DNA of 63,506 nt, filler included, from Reclinomonas americana ATCC 50394 (taxonomy: Eukaryota): NCBI GenBank assembly GCA_048213135.1. It is 7 parts of 6 records of this genome, joined end to end, with 100 filler letters (N's around TTAATTAATTAA, not from the genome) between each part and the next. Parts side by side here need not be neighbours in the genome. Positions count along the whole stretch, not along the records: positions 46,861 to 55,703 come from PS015600.1; positions 55,804 to 60,244 come from PS015602.1; positions 60,345 to 63,506 come from PS015604.1; 4 more parts are not named here. One strand, written 5' to 3'. Positions 50,708-63,506 of the stretch are shown here, one piece after another (the first letter of the stretch is position 1; every line of letters begins with the position of its first letter). The position numbers and the translations under genes are program-made. The notes below the pieces were generated by a model, which had not been told where the DNA came from, did not search any database, and worked only from the letters and a program-made list of their open reading frames with translations.

Positions 50708-53700
50708 TGTCGCGTCGANNNNNNNNNNNNNNNNNNNNNNNNNNNNNNNNNNNNNNNNNNNNNNNNNNNNNNNNNNNNNNNNNNNNNNNNNNNNNNNNNN
50801 NNNNNNNNNNNNNNNNNNNNNNNNNNNNNNNNNNNNNNNNNNNNNNNNNNNNNNNNNNNNNNNNNNNNNNNNNNNNNNNNNNNNNNNNNNNNNNNNNNNN
50901 NNNNNNNNNNNNNNNNNNNNNNNNNNNNNNNNNNNNNNNNNNNNNNNNNNNNNNNNNNNNNNNNNNNNNNNNNNNNNNNNNNNNNNNNNNNNNNNNNNNN
51001 NNNNNNNNNNNNNNNNNNNNNNNNNNNNNNNNNNNNNNNNNNNNNNNNNNNNNNNNNNNNNNNNNNNNNNNNTCATTGCGTCGCAAGGGTGATACGCTCT
51101 AGCCTTACACCATGCTCCTTTTTTCGTGACACAGGCCCTGGCTCCACCAACAACAACCTGTTCAACGTCACCTCCAGTGGTCAGCTTTTCCCGTCAGGCA
51201 GTGGTCTGTCGTCACCGCAGCCGGTGAGTACGTGTGTGTGTGAGGGAGAGACGAAAAAATGATAATCGCCAGCTGACGTTCTACTGCAGGCGACACTGTC
51301 GATTCGCGTGCAAGTGACGGACTCGGGTTCGCCATCGCTGAGCACGCAGGCTGTCATCACGCTGTTCATCGATAACCCGCCGTCCGACATCAGCCTGTCG
51401 AACACCGGTACGCTGCTGGGAGTTCCCGGCCTGAGTTTATTTTGTAGTGTCAAGTCATAACCAAGGTGCACTGCCACACAGTCTACGATCCGCTTGGCTC
51501 TCCCGGAGACATGGTGGCCACCATTACTGTCATTGGTACGTGCGCTGCAGTGACCAGTGTGTGAGTGTGCCAGACGCCTCTGACTGTGGCGACCTTGTTT
51601 TCCAGATACGGATTTGACGCCGTTCAACAACAACACGCTGACTCTGATCAATCCGACGGCCAACTTTGCCATTGTCGGCAATCAGCTTGTCCTCGGCAGT
51701 ACTGTCCCGCACGGTGTCCAGCTGGTCACCATCAAGGCTCAGGTACTGTACCTATGTTTGGTTCTCGAGGGGTTGGGAGGTTACTGAGCGTGCGTGTGCG
51801 TGCCATTTGTCGTGGGCAGGACGTCAACTACCCGCAGCTGTCACTTACCAAGGTCTTCACGCTCACCGAAAGTTGCGTGGAGTGTCTAGCATGGCGACAG
51901 CGCGAGACTTGTCTTGTTACTAAATAGAATCCCAAACTCTCGTCGTGCAGGTCCAGAGGCACCAGCGCCGCCGAGTCCGACGCAGTTTATTCTCCCGCTT
52001 CCGGTCACTGGTGTCCCCAGCTCCACGATTGTGCAGACATTCCATTCTTCGGATCCGGTTTGTCGATCGTTATTGCGAGCCGGTGCTGTTCGTCCACTCA
52101 TTCGCGCTCTCTTGCGCCGTCGCAGAACACGCCGACACAAGCCATCTCGTTTTCACTCGCGCCCGGCGTGGGCTCCACCAACAACAATCTCTTCCAGATC
52201 AGTGCCAGTGGTGATCTCCGCCCCGCCGGCAGTCTCCTGCCGTATCCGCAGCCTGTGCGTCTCGATTCCTCCTCCTACGCCGTCATTAGCCCCTCATTCA
52301 CTAACTCCATCGCCGTTTCGTGTATGTGTGTGCCTGACAGTCGACGCTGTCGATTCGTGTTCGTGCCACCGACAATGGCAGTCCGCCGCTGAGTTCCGAC
52401 AGTGTGGTGACGATTCTGGTCAACACCGCCGCCACCAACATCACGCTGTCGTCGCTGAGTTGCGAAGGCACTCATGATGTCCCTCTCCCACTGTGCGTCT
52501 GCCACTCATCGCATGTCCGTAGCCTACGATCCGAATGCCGCTCCTGGCTCGTTTGTCGCCCAGGTCTCCTACACTGGTAGGCGCTGCTTCCGCGTGCGCG
52601 CGATCGCCTGTCGCGTTTTGTCTTCGCGATCTGATCTCTCTTTGCAGATAATGACCCGCCGCCGCTCAACATCGACACACTGTCCATTCTCAACAATACC
52701 GGTGCCTTTGCGCTCTCCGGTGCGTCCGGCAACTCTTTGGTCCTCGGCTCGGGCGCTCCTCACGGGCCTCAAGTGATTACTATCCGCGCCACGGTGAGCA
52801 CTCGCTCTACTCCTTCCTGTCGTCGCCGCGTACGTGCATGGTGTATTCTTCTGACGACTGCATCACGCTCGACTGGCGCAGGATGCAACGAGCCCTTCGC
52901 TGGTCTTTGACAAGGTGTTCACGCTGCAAGAGAGTTGAGTGCAGACCTGTGCCTCTCTGACTCCAATCACCTGCTCAATTCCGTTTCTCTTGTTTGCAGT
53001 CAACACGCCACCGACGACGCCGCAGTCTTCCAACAACGTCATCTTCGTGCCGCATGGCGGTGTCACCGACAACACTGTCATCACGGTGTTGTCCTCGACG
53101 GACCCGAACAATCAGCAGATTACTTTTAGTCTTGTTGCTGGCACTGGATCCACCAACAAGTTGCGTGAGCCTCACGTCTGCAGTGCCGCGTGCGTCTGTC
53201 GTGCTTACCAGCTTGCTTCTTCCAACTGCAGTTCGCTGTTCCGCATTGTTGGCAACCAGCTGTTGCCGGCCATTGGTGGCATTGCCTATCCGCTAGCTGG
53301 CCCCGTCTCTGTGCGAGTGAGGGTGAGTCTGTAGTGCGCAGCATGCCGATGGAAAGAGTGTGCGTGCGTACTCACAGAGTGTACGTAGGCGACCGACGGT
53401 GGCAACCCACCGTTGTTCACCGACGCCATTCTCACGTTTGATGTGGACAACGCTCCCGAGAGCATCGGATTGTCGACGTTGTACTACAACATCACGGGTT
53501 CTCCTGGCGGCACTGTGGCCTCAATCATCGTCGTCGGTCAGTTGTCGACAGCTGATGCTCTCGTCACCTATGACTGTGTGGTGCTGACTGTGCCCCCAAC
53601 AGACCCCGACATTCCACCGTACAACCAGAATATCGTTCTGATTAATGGAGAGAGCGAGCCAAACGCGTTTGCCGTTGTGGGCTCGACGCTGGTGTTCGGC

Positions 53701-55703
53701 TCGATGCCACCGCGCTGCAACGTGACCGTGTGTCTGCGTGCTGTCGACACTCTCAACAGCAACCTGTTTGTCGACGCCCAGTTCACGCTGTCGGAGCTGC
53801 CAGTGGCACCCACCAACATCTCCCTCTCGTCGACAACGTACGTCGGACCGACAAGTGTGGCGAATACCGTCGTCGGTGGACTGTCTGTTGCGTCGGTGGT
53901 GTGCGGTGACTTGCGGCTATTCCTCTCCCCTTCTTTTTTTGCACTTACCTCTATGCACGCAGGCCCAAGATGCCAACTGTGGCGATCACTTTGTGTTCTC
54001 CCTTCCGTCTGGTGTCGCGAACAACAGTTTGTTCAACATTGTGGGCTCGTCCAACACTCCGACGCTGCGCATCACCAACACGGGCCAGACCGGCAATCTG
54101 ACGGTGGTCATCACCGTCACCGATTCGACGGGTCTGTCGTTCACAAAGGCCTTCCAGATCACGCAGCTGGCTCCCATCTGCGACGTTGCGTGTGCACTTG
54201 CGCCTAATAGCTGTGTGTGTGTGTATAGCATGTCTCTGTTGTTGCTTACCTGTGTGATGTGCACATCAGCCGGCGACCACATGCAGCGGCCACGGTGTGT
54301 GCAACAATAATGGCCAGTGCATCTGCAACACCAACTATTATGGTCCCAACTGCACCATTTTCTGCAACGCGCTGACGACTTGCACCGGTCATGGCACGTG
54401 CTCGGCCAATGGCACGTGCGTATGCACCGGCGGCTGGACTGGCACCAACTGCAACATCCCGCCAACACCTCAAGGCTGCCCGACCAACTTCTACGGTCCC
54501 AACTGCGACATCTTCTGCAACCCGGCCACCACCTGCAGTGGTCACGGCTTCTGTAACACCAATGGCCTCTGTGTGTGCTACTCGAATTACTTTGGCACCA
54601 ACTGCAGCGTGTTCTGCGACCCGAACCAGACCTGCATGGGCCACGGATTCTGCTCGACCAATGGCACGTGCATCTGCACCGGCGGCTGGTCAGGCCCCGA
54701 CTGCTGCACTCCTCCGGTGCCGCAAGGCTGCCCGACGAACTTCTACGGCCTCAACTGCGACATCTTCTGTGATCCGGCCACCACTTGCAGTGGCCACGGC
54801 GTGTGCGACAGCAACGGGCAGTGCATCTGCAATTCGGAGTACTACGGTACCAATTGCAGTGTGTTCTGCGATCCGAACCTCACCTGCACCGGCCACGGCA
54901 CCTGCTCGGCCAGCGGCGCTTGTGTGTGTACGGGAGGCTGGACCGGCACCAACTGCAACGTGCCGCCCACCAACCAGGGCTGCCCGACGAACTTCTACGG
55001 CCCGAACTGTGACATTTTCTGCGACCCGTCAGTAACGTGCAGTGGTCACGGTCTGTGCAACAGCAACGGCCAGTGCGTGTGCAACACCAACTACTACGGC
55101 GCCAACTGCGCTGTGTTCTGCAACGCCATCACAACGTGCATGGGCCACGGCACTTGCTCTGCCAACGGCACGTGCATCTGCACCGGTGGCTGGACGGGAC
55201 CCAACTGCTGCATTCCGCCGACGAACCAGGGCTGCCCGACGAACTTCTACGGCCCGAATTGCGACATCTTCTGCGACCCGGCCATCACGTGCAGCGGACA
55301 AGGAGGATGCAACAGCAACGGCCAGTGCGTGTGCAACGCCGAGTACTACGGCCCCAACTGCTGCGTCTTCTGCGATCCGAACCTCACTTGCACCGGTCAC
55401 GGCACATGCTCGGCCAACGGCACGTGCGTGTGCACTGGCGGTTGGACGGGTGCTCATTGCAACGTGCCGCCGACGTCGCAAGGCTGCCCGACGAACTTCT
55501 ACGGACCGAACTGCGACATCTTCTGCGATCCTGCAGTCACATGCAGTGGTCACGGTCTGTGCAACACCAACGGCACTTGTGTGTGCAACACCAACTACTA
55601 TGGCGCCAACTGCGACGTCTTCTGCAACGCCATCACAACGTGCATGGGCCACGGCACTTGCTCTGCCAACGGCACGTGCATCTGCACGGGCGGCTGGACG
55701 GGA
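48543..55703 (+). CDS. Secreted/surface protein with multiple cadherin-like repeats followed by tandem EGF-like repeats; 3' truncated
   Basis: Signal peptide; recurring xTDP, VTDSGSPSLS, ATDNGSPPLS, ATDGGNPPL, DNPPSDISLS and APTNISLS motifs over more than 20 short exons; then CSGHG.C...G.C.C...YYG.NC repeats. Confidence 0.85.
54270..55703 (+). repeat. Intronless EGF-like array with a 252-nt (84-aa, three-module) unit
   Basis: QGCPTNFYG starts at 54471, 54723, 54975, etc. Confidence 0.9.
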
Positions 55704-55804
55704 NNNNNNNNNNNNNNNNNNNNNNNNNNNNNNNNNNNNNNNNNNNNTTAATTAATTAANNNNNNNNNNNNNNNNNNNNNNNNNNNNNNNNNNNNNNNNN
55801 NNNC

Positions 55805-56673
55805 TAATAATGTGTCGACCATCGGGAGTAACAGCAACAGACTGCACCCATCCAGTGTGTCCCTCTAACCGTCGCACTTCTTCCCCGCTCGCCAGCAACC
55901 ACACCCGCACGGTGTTGTCTCCACCGCCGCTAACAATGTAGTGACCATCGGGGGTGATGGCGATAGAGCACACCCAGTTAGTGTGCGCATGCGCCTTCAG
56001 TCTACGCACTTCCTCGCCACTCGCCAGTGACCACACCCGAATTGTGCTATCCCCACTACCACTCACGATGATCTGGCCATCTGGTGTGACGGCAACTGAC
56101 TGCACCTCCCGGGAGTGTCCCTTCAATCGTCGAACCTCCTCGCCACTCGCTATTGACCATACCCGCACTGTGTGGTCGCAGCCGCCGCTGATGACGTGCT
56201 GACCATCATTCGTGACGGCGACAGTGTACACCCCGCCAGCGTGTCCCTCAAACCATCGCACCTCCTTGCCACTCGCCAGAGACCACACTCTCACTGTGCA
56301 GTCCCAGCTCCCGCTAACAATGTGCTGGCAATCGGGAGTGACGGCGACGGACCTCACCGCAGTCGCGAGACTCTGAATGATCTGTGTTGATCACTCGCGG
56401 TGAGACGCACATGCACAAACACACAAACAACAACCGCACACACGCAGAAGCACACGCTGCGAATGCACGCGCAGACACCAACCACGCAAAAGTGCGCATA
56501 CATCCACACCTTTGTTGACATTCTCCGTGCGTGCGTGTGTGTGTGTGTGTGTGCGTGCGAGCAGTGCGTGCGCGTGCTATGCGTTGTGTGTGATTTGCTC
56601 GCTCGGGATTTGTCACCGTTTCCCGCCTTTCTTCTTCCGCCCTGCTCTGAGACGTCGTCCATCCCTCGCCAGG
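55805..56673 (-). CDS. WD40-repeat protein copy 1 (3' truncated; 5' exons unresolved)
   Basis: Repeats of GH...V.SVAVTPDG.HIVSG..D.TVRVW.LASGEEVRRL; 57-nt upstream exon 56673-56617 in phase. Confidence 0.88.
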
Positions 56674-58590
56674 CTACAGCCAGTACCCCACACAGCATGC
56701 GGTAGTGTGTGAACGATGTGACTCCCATGATGCGTGTGAGCTTTCGAAGACCGACTTGGGACTCGTCTATGCGAAATCGACAGAATGGACATGCAAGGTT
56801 ACGTGGTGGTGGTGACACGAGGTTGGCGCTCCATTGCATCGAGACCGGCCAGCATTCTCTGCCAACGAAGACTGGATTGTCGAGCCGCTTGGATACAACT
56901 CTGGCCCTGTGCTGATGGCACAGCACAGCCGAGAATCCATTGAGCACTGAGACATCGAATCCTCACGCCTCCTTGGATCAGCCCACCACGAGGCTGATTA
57001 GGGGCACATAAAGATGGTACGACGAAGAAATAGAGACACAAGAATAGGGGAGGAGCGCCCAGCCGCTCAGCGATGGAAGAGGCAGCTGCGTCGTGTGACT
57101 CGCCTCCCCTCACCCAAATCACAATCAATGCCTCGTGCGTGCCTTCAATGACACTCACGGTCCGTCGGTTGAATCGTCTCATGCAGGCAACCACGTGCCG
57201 TCGACATCATGCTGCATGCATGCCAGGGGCCAGTCACTTGCCAGCACGCCTGTGTTCATATCACGCACTGAATCGAGTCAGTCAAATCTCCAAGTCTCGC
57301 CAACTTGCTCCTCAACGCACGTGTAGAACACACACGCACCGTATGTTGCTGGCCTCGCACGTGCCTGCAGTCTCCTGTGGCCACCACCATGGTCACTCGG
57401 CAGTGACAGCAGCAACCAAGGAGCGCACATGATCGATTCGCTCCGACTTGCCAGCCGGGATCGAAAACGATTCACCGACCAAGCTACCATTGTACCACCT
57501 CGTCACACACTCCGTGTCGTGCACGGCCTGCATGGATGAAGTGAGTGAGAGGGAAGGAGGAGAGATAGATCACGACGAACAAGGCCACACACCTGCTTCG
57601 TGCATTGGTGGGATTCATGTGTGGAGCCGACTGAGTGAGGTGACAGCCGGCAGCGGGCGATGCACAGCACGCCTGCAATCATTACGGAACAACGAGGGGG
57701 GCCTGCCCCTATGGTGCCTGCATGCCGGTGCACTGTGAGCAAAAGGAATGGAGGAAGGAGATCTAGAGAGATATCTGCTCTGTCTCGATGACAATCACAC
57801 AGATAAGCACCTGATACCAACTCGTGTTTGGACAGAGGCAAGCCGAGGGACGCTCACACAACCATCCTGCAAGGGAGAGAAGGAGCAGAGTCAGTATGCA
57901 GATATGCCACCTCACACACTTCGGCATCGGGAAGCTCACCATGATGGACTGGCAGGATGTCAGGATAGCAGTCGGCGCATCTTGAGCAGATACTTGGATC
58001 GAGCTTGTGCGGGAAGGAGGTAAGGATTACTGGGGAAGCAGATGAGCGCACAAAGGCAGGGAGATGGCGGAGAAAGAGATAGACTCTGGAGGAGGCAGGA
58101 AAAGAGAGAGCTGCAAGACAGGCATTTTTCAAAGCCCGAAGGAGAATGTCCGCGGCTCACAGGCACGATGGGAAGCAGAGCAGTGATGCCAAAGTAGTGC
58201 GCAAAAGAAGACGCGAGGAAATAGACAACGGCGACTTGCTCTCCTGAGGCACACACATGCACGAATAAGATGCACGCACAACAGACTTCACAACAAGACA
58301 AAAAACGCAAGAGACTACCAAGTGATTCGTCGCGCTGGCACACACAAATGGAGGTGAGAAGAAGGCACGTACACAGAGGGAGACATGCTGCACGCCCGCA
58401 CAATCACATTTACGTGCACATGACAGGGCAACAAGCACGCGAGAACAATTCTGCATCAACGACCTCACTCTTTTCCTCTGTCATCCTCTTCCCCCTCCTG
58501 CACCTCGCACAATTACCCGCTCTCCCTCAGAAGACGCGAAAAAACTCACAATCAGCAGCAGCCATCTCTCTCTCCCTTCGACTCACCTTC

Positions 58591-59845
58591 TCAGCACCGG
58601 AAAAGGACGACCTCGGCATCCTCCGCGATGAAACAGCGCAGAACCAGCTCGGGAAGGCATCGTGAATCTACTTCTTCCTCCTGCACCTCCTGCACGGCGT
58701 GCATGGCCGAGCGCGCAGCGTCGAGTTCAAGGCGAGCAAGGCCACGCGGTGTGGACCACACTCGCACGGTCTTATCTTTGCCACCGGCACTCACAATGTG
58801 CTGACCATCGGGAGAGACGGCCACAGACGATACCCATTCAGTGTGTCCCTCCAACAGTCGTACTTCATCGCCACTCGCCAGAGACCATACCCGCACGGTG
58901 CGGTCTCCGCACCCGCCAACGATGTGCTGGCCATCGGGAGTGACGGTGACAGACGACACCCAGTCAGATTGTCCATCCAGCCGTCGCACTTCCTCGCCAC
59001 TTGCCAGAGACCACATCCGCACGGTGTTGTCCCAGCCCCCGCTAACAATGTGTCGACCATTGGGAGTAACAGAGACTGCCGTCACCCAGTCACTGTGTCC
59101 TTCCAATCGTCGCACTTCTTCCCCTTTCGCCAGCAACCATACCCGTACTGTGTTGTCTTCACCCCCACTCACGATGCGCTGACCATTGGGAGTGAAAACG
59201 ACAGACAACACCCTTGCAGTGTGTCCCACCAGCCGTCGTACCTCCATCCCACTCTCCAGCAACCACACCCGCACGGTGTCGTCCCCACCCCCACTCACAG
59301 CATGCTGACCATCGGGGGTGACGGCGACTGACAACACCTCCCGGGAGTGACCCGTCAACCGTCGCACCTCTTCCCCGTTCGCCAGCAACCACACACGTAT
59401 GGTACAGTCTCCACTTCCACTCACGATAAGTTGGCCATCGGGAGTGACGCCGACGGAGTACACAGAACCTCCATGTCCCTCAAACCGTTGCACCTCCTTG
59501 CCACTCGCCAGAGACCACACTCGAATCGTCTTGTCCATGCATCCACCAACAATGCGCTGGCAATCGGGAGTGACGGCAATGGACCTCACCACATCGAGAC
59601 TCTGAATGATCTGCGTCGATCATTCGCGGTGAGACACACGCACAGCGACACAAACAACAACTGCACACACGCACGAGCACACGAACGCACGCACAGACAC
59701 CAACCACGCAAAAGTGCGCATACATACCTTTGTTGCCATTCTCCGTTTGTGTCTGCGTGTGTGTGATTTGCTCGCTCTTGATTGTCACCGTTTCCCGCCT
59801 TTCTTCCCCCGCCTTGCTCTGAGACGTCGCCCATCCCTCGCCAGG
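58591..59845 (-). CDS. WD40-repeat protein copy 2 (seven repeats)
   Basis: Seven highly similar ~42-aa WD40 repeats. The upstream exon and about 600 nt of flank are homologous to copy 1. Confidence 0.88.
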
Positions 59846-60344
59846 CTGTAGCCAGTACGCCACACAACATACAGCAGTATGGCTTCTTTGATGCGTGTGG
59901 GCTTTTGAAGATCGACATGGGACTCGTCCATGCGATATGGGCAGAATGGACATGCGAAGTGGTGGAGGCACAAGGTGACGCTCCACTCCGCTGTGCATGT
60001 CCAGCTGCGACACTCTCTTTCGACTGACCAGCATACTCTGCCAACGAGGATTGGAATGCCGGGCTGCTTGGATACGGTTGTGGCCCTGGTGTGCTGATGC
60101 CACGATACACCCGAGAATCCAATGAGCAGCGAGTCAGTGACACCTCACACCTCGGATCGGTCCACAGCGAGATTAATGATGGTACAGGAAAGAACGAGAG
60201 CCACGCGGAATAGGAGAGGAGCGACCAACACAGCAGCACAGCAANNNNNNNNNNNNNNNNNNNNNNNNNNNNNNNNNNNNNNNNNNNNTTAATTAATTAA
60301 NNNNNNNNNNNNNNNNNNNNNNNNNNNNNNNNNNNNNNNNNNNN

Positions 60345-61094
60345 TCGTCGTCATCGTCAGTGGCCATAGCCAAGTCGTCATCAAGACGAGCAGGCTCGAG
60401 CCAGTGGTGATCCTGTACAGTCAATCCCATTTCCTCCACAACTGGTGGAAACATGTTGACGGCCAGGTCTTCGCCAACGCGAAGCAGCGCGTGTCGTGCG
60501 TCGACCGGCGCAGGTTCCAAGCCAGTTTCTCCGACTGCAGCTGCTGGCAGAGCTCGAGGCACTGACCAGGAGCCACTTGCCGCATCCACATCCTGCACAT
60601 GCGTCGACGCAGAACATTAAAAACTCCCGCACGACGATGGTGAACAAAGCAAGCCGACAAACCATTGGCATCACACGAAAACTGGGAGCAAAGGTGACGC
60701 GGTGCTCGATGTAGGGGAGGGTATGCCAAACGCCTGCTATGGGCGCTGACGGCGGAGCATAGGCGTGGTGGTTGTGCAGGGGGCTGGCAGCGTGCACGGG
60801 GAATCGCTCAACAATTCATCAACCTTGATCACCAACTTTCGTTGGGTCACAAGCCGATAACAAAAAATGGAGGATTCCCCATGGCCACTGCTTCGCCCCC
60901 GCGCACCACCACGCCGTCGCTCACAACCGTCGAACGCCTCACGAGCAGCTCAGTCAAGCGCGGCCCATCATCGCGAAGGAAGAAGTTGCGCTTGACCAGT
61001 TTGAACACCTCGCGGAAGCGACGCCACTCAGGCGCATGCTTGTTGTCAAACAAACAGACGCGGCCAGGCTGATGAATGTGAGGGAAAATGAGTG

Positions 61095-61185
<91 letters not shown>

Positions 61186-61984
61186 AGAGAGAGAGAGAGG
61201 AGGNNNNNNNNNNNNNNNNNNNNNNNNNNNNNNNNNNNNNNNNNNNNNNNNNNNNNNNNNNNNNNNNNNNNNNNNNNNNNNNNNNNNNNNNNNNNNNNNN
61301 NNNNNNNNNNNNNNNNNNNNNNNNNNNNNNNNNNNNNNNNNNNNNNNNNNNNNNNNNNNNNNNNNNNNNNNNNNNNNNNNNNNNNNNNNNNNNNNNNNNN
61401 NNNNNNNNNNNNNNNNNNNNNNNNNNNNNNNNNNNNNNNNNNNNNNNNNNNNNNNNNNNNNNNNNNNNNNNNNNNNNNNNNNNNNNNNNNNNNNNNNNNN
61501 NNNNNNNNNNNNNNNNNNNNNNNNNNNNNNNNNNNNNNNNNNNNNNNNNNNNNNNNNNNNNNNNNNNNNNNNNNNNNNNNNNNNNNNNNNNNNNNNNNNN
61601 NNNNNNNNNNNNNNNNNNNNNNNNNNNNNNNNNNNNNNNNNNNNNNNNNNNNNNNNNNNNNNNNNNNNNNNNNNNNNNNNNNNNNNNNNNNNNNNNNNNN
61701 NNNNNNNNNNNNNNNNNNNNNNNNNNNNNNNNTACACACAGAGAGAGAGAGAGCAGGAGGAGGTGTGAGAGATTGAGGCTCACCCCCTGCTGCAGCTTGT
61801 CGGCCAAGTACATGCGACATGCAGTAAATTGCAACTTGTAGCCCCTGTGTGTCGCTCCGAGATACTCACTCCGCGCTCGGTTGCGGTCTTCCCGCGTTGG
61901 CGTGACAGGCCACACCACAGAAAACAGCTCTTGAATGGCGTCGGAGTGCCACTTGGCAATGAATTCGGGCGAGTAGTGTGACAT
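60345..61984 (-). CDS. Hypothetical multi-exon protein, 3' truncated
   Basis: MSHYSPEFIAKWHSDAIQELF...LQQG|PGRVCLFDNKHAPEWRRFREVFKLVKRNFFL...; GT-AG boundaries and coding-like codon use. No family recognised. Confidence 0.5.
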
Positions 61985-62438
61985 GGTGTGCGCTCGCAGG
62001 GTGAGAGAGAAAAGAGTCGATGAACAACCCGCCCGACTTCCGGCTTTTCGCCGGGTTCAGACCTGTCAGGCCCTGTCGGGAATGTTTCGCGGAGGGGGGT
62101 TGACGGAATCGTTCGCTGTCGTGTTGCTACTTGACATCTAGCACACGTACACAACATAGCACACGCGCACAACACACCGACACGCCTGTGCACGCCACGA
62201 CAAGTCGACATGGCCGTCGTCATGATCACTCCCCGACCACACTTTCCCGCAGTCTCAACGAACTCCTTCCCTCTCTCTCTCACACACACAAACGCACACT
62301 CACTTCCCCACAAAAGACCACGCCCGCACAAGAAAACCAATCCTCGCCATTCCACCACTCCGCCCAGCCAACCAACCGCCCGGACGTTATTCACAATCAC
62401 ACTCACACACACTCCCTCACACTTTCTGAGAGAGAGAA

Positions 62439-63240
62439 ATGGCCGACGCAGTGAACATCGGCGACCTCGGTCCCGTCGAGGACCTGCCTCGGGAGCTGTT
62501 GAACCAGAAAAACAGAGAGTTGACAGACAAGGTAAAGAAACACACACACACACACACTCTCTCACACGCACACACACACGACTGTCACACTGCACCTGTG
62601 CGCCTTCTCTCATTCTCTATCTCTTTTCACACACTCACTCACTCTCTCTCTCTCTCACACACAGCTTCGAGCGGAGGAGGCCAAGATCGCACAACTAGAG
62701 GTGCAAGCCGACGAGGAAGACACGCGCGTGCGCATTCTGCGAGAGCACTTGAAGAATGTGCGCAGTGAGGTGGCCAACACACAGAGCATTGTGGAGGCCA
62801 AGAACCGCGAGTTGGAGTCAGAAGACCACCTGCGCACGCTGAAAGAGCGCGAGGTGGCACGCATTCGCAAGGATCTGGAGGGGCTGGATAAGGAGAACAG
62901 TGAGCTGCAGGAGCGACTGAATGCGACGCAAAACTCGATTTTTTTGGCCACGGAACGCCTCGATCAGTTCCGCGTGCAAATGAACTTCAATCAGGAGGAG
63001 TTGGAGCAGTGGGCGCTGGCGGAGAAGCAAAAGGATGATGATCAGATGGCGATTGAGCGGTGAGTGGAAAGGGAGGGAGGGAGGGATGGGGAGGGATGGA
63101 AACGAAGTTGAGCTCTCTCTGTCACTTGTTGAGTGCCTGACTGAGCTTTTCCTTGTCTGCTGGTCGGTGTCATTCTCCCATGTCCCTCTCCTTCTCTCCT
63201 TCTCTCTTGTTGTGTATCTGACTGCGTTTCCTTGTTTTGG

Positions 63241-63285
<45 letters not shown>

Positions 63286-63506
63286 CTCCATCTCCTTCTC
63301 CTTCTATCTTTTTGAGTCTCTGGCAATGCGTTTCCTTGTCTGTTACTTGGTGTCTTTCTCTCTCTCTCTCTCTTTCCATCTCCATTGTTCTCTGTTTCCC
63401 TCTCTCGCATGCACACTCTTGTTCTTCACCTCTCGCACTCATTCTTTGCTCATTTTCGTTTTCTCATCCTCCTCCCCTCCTTTACTTCCTCACCAGATAC
63501 CGCCGC
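62439..63506 (+). CDS. CCDC39: Coiled-coil domain-containing protein 39 (axonemal 96-nm ruler, FAP59), 5' part
   Basis: EHLKNVRSE, ELESEDHL and QMNFNQEELEQWALAEKQKDDDQMAIER|Y match the recalled CCDC39 N-terminal motifs. Confidence 0.85.

Overview
Draft assembly of an intron-rich, GC-rich eukaryotic microbe. It is flagellated (CCDC39), probably bacterivorous (two GH25 lysozymes) and encodes a minor-spliceosome protein (SNRNP35); I cannot name the taxon. The window is seven pieces joined by artificial N-TTAATTAATTAA-N linkers, with internal N gaps, pyrosequencing noise and at least one flipped sub-contig. The supplied ORF track is mostly misleading, so I spliced the genes by hand. Genes found: a BTB-like gene start, a tandem array of secreted signal peptide/acidic pro-region/PH-like proteins, an ankyrin/coiled-coil protein, a degenerate class-V PLP enzyme, SNRNP35, a ubiquitin-like protein, an EF-hand protein, two GH25 lysozymes, a kinesin, a BRCT protein, a membrane protein, a cadherin-like/EGF surface protein, two WD40 paralogues and CCDC39. 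The main observation is a second, abundant class of 5' splice site. About 29 hand-placed donors read GTT(G/T)(C/A)G, i.e. the usual GTGCGT/GTGAGT moved one base downstream. All of them follow an exon ending in A, C or T, whereas most donors after a G use the normal register. The second notable observation is the secreted PH-like family with a shared promoter motif.
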